Made by a program: the position numbers and the translations under genes
Shown here: positions 1 to 8,900 of the stretch, one piece after another
Position numbering within the stretch: the stretch's first letter is position 1
Layout of the letters: every line of letters begins with the position of its first letter
Notes under the pieces: generated by a model
What the model saw: only the letters and a program-made list of their open reading frames with translations
What the model was told of the DNA's origin: nothing
Database searches by the model: none
NCBI GenBank assembly: GCA_905178155.1
Contig: CAJINV010000009.1
Span: 744,001-808,000, forward strand
From: Amoebophrya sp. A120
Lineage: Eukaryota > Protista > Dinoflagellata
Direction: 5' to 3'
DNA length: 64,000 nucleotides

Positions 1-2
1 GA

Positions 3-2117
3 ATCAAGATTGTCAACGTGGACCCCGGATCCGCACACGAAATGCTGAAGAAGCGCAAGGTTTCGCATAAGCTGCGACAGGTTTTGGACCGGGTGCAGCA
101 GCAGACGTTGCGGGAAAGGGAAAGACTCCGCGGCATACAGGAACTACTGAAAGCGATCGGCGGAGGAGGATCCGGACAACCACCCGCTCTTGAGGATGTT
201 ACACCAGGAGAGACGAAGAAGAAAAAAAAGCGCAAATCAGAGAAGTCTCCAAAGAAGAAGAAGCGAGAACAGGCGGGAAAGACCGATGAAGATGATCAGG
301 AAGAGCGCGGCGTCGATGAGGAAATTATTGAGCTGGAGGACGACGAGCAACTACCTGCTGCAACGCTTGACGCACCGCCCACGAACAACAGGGCGGATAA
401 CGAGCCACGAACAACAACTATGGGAAATTCTACGGGTGCAGAGGACGCAAGCAAAGTAGCTGGAGAAGAAGATCCAGACTCACCTGCTCCTGCGCTGGAG
501 GACATCGAGTTTTCGATCGAGGACGACGCACTGGACGAGTTGTCATCCTCTCTCGCATCAAGCGACAGCGAGGACGATGATGCCAACACGACCGGTGACG
601 AGATGATGAAAACTTCCCGCAAAACCAAGTCCAAGAAAAACAAAAGAAAAACTAAAACTCCGAAGCAGTTCACGGGTTTGAGCAAAAAAACGAGGCTCGA
701 AGACCTGCTTTTAGACGTTCAGCAGCAGCAGCAGTCATCGAGCGACATCTTTTGCCACCCTGTCAACAGTGACGGGAATCCTTTTGCGACGGGACCAGAT
801 TTCGGGCCTTCAGACATCGATCTTCTCGGAGACGGCGGTGCGCAAGGTGGTAAGACAAAAAAGCAGAACTGGACGTCTCGGCTGAATTTGAACGAGTCCA
901 AAGGCCTCTTATCCCATCCGACCTTTCGGCAATTGATGCACAACGAGACCCAGGATCAAGTGATTGAGTTGGTCGGAAGCACGTCGTTTCGACACAAGCA
1001 GGCGATCAAAGATTTCGAAAACAAGTCGATCGCGCACACGGAATACTGCGAATTTCGCACGCGGCAGCAGTGCGAGCACAACCGCGGGCCCGGGGTGGTG
1101 TGCAAAAAGATCCACTTCAAACGCGTGATCCGCCCCTGGACGGAGTTGGCACTGGGGGATTGCAGTTACTTGAACACCTGCAGGAAAATGAACACTTGCA
1201 AATACGTGCACTACACCCTGGATCTCACCTTCTCGCAGACGCAAGAAATCTCCAGCAAGCTGGGCCAGAACTTCGCCTCCAGCAACCAAAACGCCGCCAG
1301 AGGTGGGGGTGAGGGCGGAACAGCTAACGACGACAGTACTAACGCCAACAAAACCAACAACGCAAATGCGTTGTTGAATGTGGAAGCACAGGACGCGCGG
1401 AAAATCAACGAGTTGCAGATCCGCCACGCGCTCCCTTCGCAGTGGATCAATTGCGACGTGCGGTCGTTCGATTTTGGCATTCTGCACAACCAGGTGGATG
1501 TGATCATGGCGGACCCACCGTGGCACATCCACATGGAGCTTCCCTACGGCACGTTGACGGACGACGAGATGCGGTCCCTACCGATCGAGAAGGTGCACGA
1601 CAACGGCATGATTTTCCTGTGGGTGACCGGGCGCGCCGCGGAGCTGGCTCGGGATTGCATGAAAAAGTGGGGCTACAAGCGCGTCGAGGAGATCATCTGG
1701 GTGAAAACGAACCAGCTGCAGCGCGTGATTCGCACTGGGCGCACGGGCCACTGGCTAAACCACAGCAAGGAACACTGCATCGTGGGGATCAAGGGGAAGC
1801 CGCGCGGCATGAACCGCAATCTGGACTGCGACGTCATCGTGTCCGAGGTGCGCGAGACCTCGCGCAAGCCGGACGAAGTGTACAACCTGATCGAGCGTAT
1901 GTTCCCGACCTCCCTGAAACTCGAGATCTTTGGTCGCCCGCACAACGCGCACCGGAACTGGGTCACGTTGGGCAATCAGCTACTGGGTGTGCACTTGTGC
2001 AACGAGGAGTTGGTGCGGAGGTACAACGAAAACTGCCTCAAGGACGGGGAGCCCCCGGTCGAGCCGTTTGACCCCAACGACCCGAACGAAGCAAATCGTA
2101 TTGACTTTTTTACATGA
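3..2117 (+). CDS. METTL3: mRNA m6A methyltransferase catalytic subunit (MT-A70 family, METTL3/IME4); 5' end lies upstream of the window
   Basis: Two CCCH zinc fingers (C..CKKIHF; GDCSYLNTC..C.YVHY), catalytic MADPPW, and LWVTGRA, IIWVKTNQLQRVIRTGRTGHWLNHSKEHC, VRETSRKPDE, LEIFGRPHN, WVTLGNQ, all typical of METTL3. Frame is open to the window start. May splice at GT 2098 instead of using the stop at 2117. Confidence 0.95.
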   Translation: MKIVNVDPGSAHEMLKKRKVSHKLRQVLDRVQQQTLRERERLRGIQELLKAIGGGGSGQPPALEDVTPGETKKKKKRKSEKSPKKKKREQAGKTDEDDQEERGVDEEIIELEDDEQLPAATLDAPPTNNRADNEPRTTTMGNSTGAEDASKVAGEEDPDSPAPALEDIEFSIEDDALDELSSSLASSDSEDDDANTTGDEMMKTSRKTKSKKNKRKTKTPKQFTGLSKKTRLEDLLLDVQQQQQSSSDIFCHPVNSDGNPFATGPDFGPSDIDLLGDGGAQGGKTKKQNWTSRLNLNESKGLLSHPTFRQLMHNETQDQVIELVGSTSFRHKQAIKDFENKSIAHTEYCEFRTRQQCEHNRGPGVVCKKIHFKRVIRPWTELALGDCSYLNTCRKMNTCKYVHYTLDLTFSQTQEISSKLGQNFASSNQNAARGGGEGGTANDDSTNANKTNNANALLNVEAQDARKINELQIRHALPSQWINCDVRSFDFGILHNQVDVIMADPPWHIHMELPYGTLTDDEMRSLPIEKVHDNGMIFLWVTGRAAELARDCMKKWGYKRVEEIIWVKTNQLQRVIRTGRTGHWLNHSKEHCIVGIKGKPRGMNRNLDCDVIVSEVRETSRKPDEVYNLIERMFPTSLKLEIFGRPHNAHRNWVTLGNQLLGVHLCNEELVRRYNENCLKDGEPPVEPFDPNDPNEANRIDFFT

Positions 2118-2311
2118 TTTTTCGACCACCTTTGTTTTGGTCTTAATCTTGTTCTGCCTATCTCATTGCTCATGGTCATGCGTCTTTGATACGAAAAGCG
2201 ATCTTTCCTCTGCCAGTACTTGTGTACCAAGTACTGAACAAGATAGTACAGCAGAATGTTGATCGTCGGATGCTAATTTTGATATTTTGTATATTATAAA
2301 CATAAGCGTAC

Positions 2312-2389
2312 ATGATGACACCCGTATAGAATCTGCTTACCAAGTCTGACCCACTTAGTGAGGAGAAACTATCTCATCGCCAGAACTGA
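2312..2389 (+). ncRNA. Box C/D snoRNA copy A, guide for LSU rRNA (region equivalent to yeast 25S ~1120-1150)
   Basis: Box C ATGATGA 2312, D' CTGA 2346, C' GTGAGGA 2358, D CTGA 2386. TCTGCTTACCAA and CATCGCCAG are complementary to the conserved LSU sequence UUGGUAAGCAGAACUGGCGAUG. Duplicated at 2540. Confidence 0.85.
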
Positions 2390-2539
2390 TCACTTACAAT
2401 GAAAACTTTCACGTTGAACGTTCGGATTTCACTGCCGAAAGCTCTCTCCTCAACACCACTCCATTGTGATTGTTGATGATCAGCGTTGTGTAAGCGGCCA
2501 CGTCTACGTCGGGCTAGATCAAAAGAAAGAGATCAAACC

Positions 2540-2619
2540 GTGATGACACCCGTTAGAATCTGCTTACCAAGTCCGATATTGACTACGTGAGGAGAAAACT
2601 ATCTCATCGCCAGAACTGA
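2540..2619 (+). ncRNA. Box C/D snoRNA copy B (paralogue of 2312-2389)
   Basis: Box C GTGATGA, D' CCGA, C' GTGAGGA, D CTGA 2616. Guides identical to copy A; differences concentrate in the D'-C' linker. Confidence 0.85.
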
Positions 2620-2689
2620 CTCTCAGCATCAGCACACTCACGCACTCGCCTACGTGGCTACTTTCTATCTCATTTTTTGTCGTATTGCA

Positions 2690-2812
2690 ATGATGAGCCA
2701 CAATTTAGATGACGAGTCGGATTTCCATTCTAGCGATGGGAGGTTTTTGCGTTCTGCAAAACCTGCCTCGCGACCCAACTTGTCAGGACGAAAAATCGAG
2801 GCATTTGGCTGA
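2690..2812 (+). ncRNA. SNORD15: U15/SNORD15/snR75-like box C/D snoRNA copy 1
   Basis: Box C ATGATGA; TTAGATGACGAG guide before D' (CGGA); internal hairpin with GCGTTC loop; GAGGCATTTG guide before D CTGA. Both guides pair with LSU AGCCAAAUGCCUCGUCAUCUAA (yeast Am2281/Gm2288 region), the same layout as U15. Confidence 0.88.
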
Positions 2813-2913
2813 GTTAAGTTCTCGTTATTTGCGCAAATAAGCTGCAACATTCCCTCTAAGCGATATGCATATGATGTGTATTTCGTTGCATTTCGCGGTG
2901 CAAGGTAAAACGC

Positions 2914-3037
2914 ATGATGAGACACAATTTAGATGACGAGTCGGATTTCCATTCTAGTGGCTAACGGCGAACGCGTTCTGCGTTCCTTGTTTCCGCGACC
3001 CAACTTGTCAGGACGAAAAATCGAGGCATTTGTCTGA
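2914..3037 (+). ncRNA. SNORD15: U15/SNORD15/snR75-like box C/D snoRNA copy 2
   Basis: Same boxes and guides as 2690-2812; ends GAGGCATTTGTCTGAG; hairpin stem diverged while the GCGTTC core is kept. Confidence 0.88.
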
Positions 3038-3247
3038 GCATTTGCATGTATGTTAAAACAGCGGCACACAGAAAAATTCCCATTCGTTTTGCATGTGTCG
3101 CGTCTTCTACAACTTTCGTCCTCGCACCAGGGTGATGTATTTGTTGCAGTAGTACAGAAAGACAAAGTAGAAATTTCGTCTATTCAGAACAGAAGTGAAA
3201 GTGCATGTGTTGCATCTTCTACCAGTTGAAAAACATAAATGTATCAG

Positions 3248-5517
3248 GTGTGGCCTGTGCCGACGAATTACCTCCAGAACCCGAGGAAGAGGCGAAGCGC
3301 ATCCGTGACGGTGGGAAACCCATGGCGCTGACCGATAGTGGCCAACAAGGACAGCAGCAGTATGGTAACGCTGCAGCCACAAATGCGGTTGGAGGCAAAA
3401 ACGGCAGCAATTACGGGCAGCAGCAGTACAACCCCAATTCAGGAGGTGGCGGGAAGCAAGGATACAACAACTTTGGGGGACATCATCAACAGCACCACTA
3501 CCAGCACCAGCAGGGCAAGAATTACAACAGCAACCAAAAGCGAGGCGGAGGCGCTTGGCAGCCTCCGACGTCAAGCAGCAGTAAGCACGGAGGTGCTGGG
3601 TCAACATATGCTACTTCCGCGAGACCAGGACCACCACCAGCCACTGGCGCTTGGCAGCCACCTGCAGCTGGAGGCGGAGGTCCTCATCCTCTGGGCGGCG
3701 GTAAGAAGGGAGCTGCACCTCCTGGCGGAGGTGGTCCACCAACTGCGGCTGGTGCGGGGGGGCCCGCGATGGGTGCATGGGTGCCGCCGCTGGCGGTTCC
3801 AGCACCCGGAGCCAACATCAAGGGCGTAGCTCCCGTCACCGCAACCAGTTCCTCGGCCGTTTACTCGAATTTTGCTCCGCCGACGCCCCCGAAAAACCGC
3901 AAAGAAAGTGCGGAATTTCGGACCGGAACGCAAGACAAGCCACCATCAGTTTTACAACCTGTAATTCCGACTACAAACGCAACTAGTAGCGCCTCTGCGC
4001 ATAATATTAAGGGATCATCTTCCTCTCTTCCGGCCAATGCAGTACCGGTTGCAACTTCAACTGGTAAAAACCAGCAGAAGTCGAGCTCATCACACACGGT
4101 GCTTGCGGCGTCCTCCAATGCTGCGCTCGGCGGACCTGTTGCGCAGCCAGCCATGGTTGTTGTTGGTAGCTCGTCGACGGCAACGGCGGGCGGGGCTGCA
4201 GCAGGAGCAACAATATCAGCTTCAACATCCGTTCCTGCAGGTGGTGCCGCACAGAATTCCTGGAAGCCGCCTGGATCTGCGGCCGCGTCAGGCAGCAGCG
4301 CTCAACAACAGCAACAAGCATCTTCTGGAACCACCACGAATGCTGCCACAGGTGCGGTCGTCACGAACATGATCGCCTCCTCCTCGTCAATGGCGCCTGG
4401 AACGACGAGCCACGGTGCGGCTGGTGGTCCGAAACCGGTCTGGGGCCAGCAGACGACTTGGTCTCAAAAATCTCCTGAGGGGGAAGGTAATTCTTCCGGC
4501 TGGGACAATCTTGTTGCTGGAACGGGGACTGGGTCGTCCGCTAGTGCCGGCGCAGCCGCAGACGCCCATGCAAAGCACCCAGCAGGAGTGCCGATTGCGA
4601 CCTCGGGAACTTCTGGTACTAGAGAGCAACGAGCCCAGAGTGGGCAAGTCCCTGGAACGAATCCGCCTACGCTTCCCGCTGGAGCGCAGGTGCTCGTTTC
4701 CAGCAGCGGCCCAACTATCGCGTCGTCCTCTGGAAGCAGGGTCGTGCCGACGGTTATTGGTAGCTCCTCTGTGCAGCCGGTTGGGCAAGTTTTGGTCAGC
4801 AGCAGTGGTCCACCGCGACCTCCACCTGGTACGGCTATAGCGTCCTCAACGCCAGGAGCAGCTGTCGGAACTACGACAAGTCAGCCTCAAGTCTTGATCA
4901 GCAGTAGCAGCTCTGCCCCCTTTCATCAACAGCAGCGGCCATTGAGTAGTAGTGGTGCTGGTCCACATCAACCACACGTAGTTCTCGGCAGTAGTTCCAA
5001 AGGCGGACACCCTCCGAATGCACAACAGCACCAACCCATGGTGATAATGTCCAGCTCTACAACGACCCTGAACGCTCCCCCGTCGAGCAGTGGCGTGATA
5101 CAGCCTCCTTCCTCGTCGAAGGGCGTTCCGATGTATCATTCGCCCGGGGGACCGGCTGCGCACAACCATAACCAACCACCTCCCCCAATCCAGAGCTACG
5201 GAAAGAGCCCCATGGGCGACGCGGCCGCCGCAAATGGCGCAAATAAAGACGGGTTTCAACATCCGGGAGGGAAGAATTTCTTTTCCGGAGGATACAACCA
5301 TGGTGGCCAACATCAACAGCAATATCCTCATGGAGGAGCTCAGCACCACCATCATGGTGGTGGCAAAAGCGGCGGGAAAAAGAAAGATCACCAAAGAGGC
5401 GGCTACCACGGGCACGGCTATTATGGCGGTGGTAAAAATAGTTATGGAGGAGGACAGCAAGACTACGACAACCCAAACGACATTCCGCTTGGCGGAGGAA
5501 AAGGAACGAAAAAGTGA
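3248..5517 (+). CDS. Gly/Ser/Gln/Asn/Pro-rich low-complexity coding exon; probably the C-terminal exon of METTL3, otherwise a separate gene starting at ATG 3322
   Basis: ~755-codon open frame with repeated GAWQPP and (Q)V(L/I)(V/I)SSSS motifs and GGY/GGK tracts. Acceptor CAG ending at 3247 is phase-compatible with donor GT at 2098. Confidence 0.7.
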
Positions 5518-5950
5518 TGACGCGAAAAACTTTGTTTTTTAATGAGTAATGAAAACTGATGTAAAAGCTAGCGGCGCGAAAGAACGCACGTGGAAGCGAA
5601 AGGATGAGCGACACCGAACGAGGCCGTGTAGAAACCAACGGAAACTCGCGCTAGACCAGTACCCATTGTGTTCCTTTCGTTCTTGTTACGCCGTTCCCAG
5701 GCTTTTGCGAGCGAGAGTCTGCGTCTTTTAGCCTGATGTTGCACTAGGAAAGGTGTTTCTGACCAACATATGACCACATGGTCAACAGCAACACCAGACC
5801 TAAAAACAAGACGCAAGAGCGATTTCAAGTGGCCTTGTCAAAATAAAAACTTATGTGGTCCAATATCTCGTGGTCGTGCAAGTCGTACCTGGACCTTCTA
5901 CATACGGAGCAATTATCGGTGCTGTTTTACAGGTCTAGAAGTTCACCAAG

Positions 5951-8900
5951 ATGGCGCTGATGGCAGTCGCAGACGTGGTGGAACTCACCAAGATTTTGGT
6001 GACCACCATCAACAACCACGTCAAGGCGAGTCAAGTGCTGGCCGAGGAATGCAAAGACCTAAACGATTTGGTGACGCAGGTAAGTATTGCGTATGAGCTG
6101 ATGTGTGCTTGAATTTTGATGAAAAAGCAAATCGTCATCGTTGCACATCGTCATCGATGCGAATCTTGACTAGACTACATTACATACAACAGTCCTCACA
6201 CCGTACTGCTGAGGTAGCATGTGATGTTGTAGAGCCCATTGCTATTTTCCAACTTGTTTCATCTTCAGGTCGGTGTGATTACTGCAGATCTTGGCGACAT
6301 GGTAAAGGACGCACCTGCGGACAAGATGCGCGGTATCGAGGTTGGAGTCAACAAAACGAAGGAGGTGCTCGACGAAGTATCTACCTTCGTACAGGACGAA
6401 ACCATGTGGGTGGCGAAGGCCGGCTGCTGCGGCAAGCTGAAAAAAGGAACGGGGCATTTGAAGAGGTTGAAAGAGCTGGAAGCGAAGCTCCGGGCGCAAG
6501 TCAGTCTTCTCACGCAGTTGGTCAGCATGGTTACGTCGGTATAATCGTTTTTTCGTTTTCCTTGCTGCGGCCGGCGACGCCGGTGGTCAAAGCTTTTTGT
6601 TTTTCCTTTCACAAGATCGGGAACAAGAGCTTGAGCAGCGTGCATTTACTTGATTTGACTTGCTATATTTTCTTGCATCCAAAAATCAGCTTTCCTCCCA
6701 CGTGCGTGCCTCGAAGGCTCGGGTGTTTGATATGGCGTTCTCAATTGTTACATTCTCATCTGTTACATGATTTGTCATGCAAAAACGCTATCACTATTCA
6801 CACGATCAAGCCTTCTCTGCATGACAACTTCTCGACGCGCTAAATAGCACTACAATCCGTCCCAAATCTGTAATGCAAAAGGCGCAATCTTCCTCCTTTC
6901 GCTTTTGCCCTTCTTGCATTACAAATTCGCGTAACAGTTGAGAATGTAACATTTGAGAACGCCATATTTGACAAGATCGAGAACGACCAAGTCCGTGCGT
7001 TCTGGTGCGAGAAGTTTGGGGAGGAATCCCGCGAGGTGTCGTGGCCGCTGTTCCGTTATCGTAAGGAAAAATCCCCCCTCCCCATATTGAAACGAAATTT
7101 CTGATGCTGGATCTGCCTGCACAAATCAGATTTGTGTTGCTGGAGAGGACTGCAGGCCCCTATCGAGCCTGGGGAGGGCGAGGGAGGTTTTTGCCTAGGC
7201 GCTTAGCATGAAAAACGTCCGCGCTGTAGGCCCGACAGCATGACAAACCGCCTGCATAATGCGGCGGAGGCCTGTGGGGTTGCCGTCTTGCAACGCAGAT
7301 GGGATTTGTGGTCACAAATCAGCAACACAAATTTTCGAAAACGCACCTCGTCAATATGGGGAGGGATGATTTTTCATTTTGATAGCTGTTCCGCGACGCA
7401 GTGGTGCTGGAGTGCGAGAAAGCGGCGCTACCCGACATCACGTCCGCGAAGCTCGACGCGGTGCTGAAACCCGGGATGGTGGGCGACACGACGAACGAGG
7501 TTATTCCCTGAAAATTAACCATCCCCATCCTCTTTTTGCATGACAAACACAGAATTAAATTTGCTACGTCTTTTGCATGACAAATCTCCTCGTCGTGATC
7601 GACAAACTGAGATCGGCGATTCTAGTTGTGTTGCTGGTCCTGTGCCAGTTGCGGGGCATGTTCGGGTGTTCCGGGCAGTGCTTAGTGCACCCCTCGGACC
7701 CCGCACCCCCCCGGGCTTTAGTCGCGCAGTCTGTTAAGCATGACAAATCTCCTGCGGCCGTAGCTGCTTGCGGCGACGGTGTAAACAAGGCTTTCGATGT
7801 GGTGCAGTCGGGTATGCATGACAAATTGGATGGGGTTGCTTAATTTTCAGGGGATAGAGGTGGTCACGATCTTCCAGATGAACCAGGTATTCCGGTCCGG
7901 AAGCGTTCCCGGAGTGGTGGAGGCACTGCTGGACACGTACGAGGAACAGAAAAAAGTTTGGCGCATCACCATCCGTGACAAGGACACCAAAGAGGAGCTC
8001 GACGTAGACGCCGGCTTCGTCTTGATCCCTGAAAAGGTATTACCACTATCTACAAATGAAAGGTCTTTGCATTCATCAAGCATTCCCATTCGTGTTTTTT
8101 GTTGGCACATGAAAGAAAGAGGCCCCTGGGAGCAAAGCCGGGCAAGAAGCAGAGGCTGCAACGATAACGATGAACCATCAAGAACTACCCTGAAGCGCTT
8201 TTATTGTCCAAAAACTTCTGTAACTCCCCCAGGCCAACCTGACCCAAGTTCGCTCGGAAGTGCTCAGTGCGTCACAGGAGGACGAGGAGCTTCCGGACGC
8301 CGCGTCGTTCCTCGCCGAGGACTATGAAATCCTCAGGTTGGAAATCCTCAAAGTGGAAATGATTTGCAATGCAAAAAAACGACTCGAGTTGAAGCGGCAT
8401 GTGTAGTCGGCGCATGACAAATTTCTCGGGCACTTAAAGCATGTCTGTCATGCAGGTTAAGGCAAGGAGTGCCCTTCTGTCGTGCTACGTAGCACTCCAA
8501 TTCTTCACCCCTAGCAGGACAATAGTCGGCCTCCATTGCGTCCTCTGCAATACACTCTTTTTTGCGTCGCATTTCATGCATCACAAATCATTTCCACTTT
8601 GAGGATTTCCATTCTGAGGCTTTCATAAGGTCCCCGGGAAATTTACGTTCTATCTTGACGACGGGAAGGCGCGCGTGAAGAAAACGCAGGAGAAGAAAGT
8701 CCTGATATCCGACGTGGAGAACGGACTCTGCGTCATCCCTGACCCAGAGGAGAAAGAAGAAAAAAAGCCGGCGGCAGTGCACATGGTGAAACTTGTTGTC
8801 GTCGGGGAACCGGAGCCGGAAAAAGAGGAGGCAACGCTGGACGCAGCGACGCTGGCGAGAAAGGGCCTGGCGCAGGGACAGCAGGCAAACCAGGCGAATC

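Noticed and set aside
2395-2535. Fifth snoRNA between the copies (TTGATGA near 2473)
   Set aside because: No suitably placed D box and no convincing rRNA complementarity.
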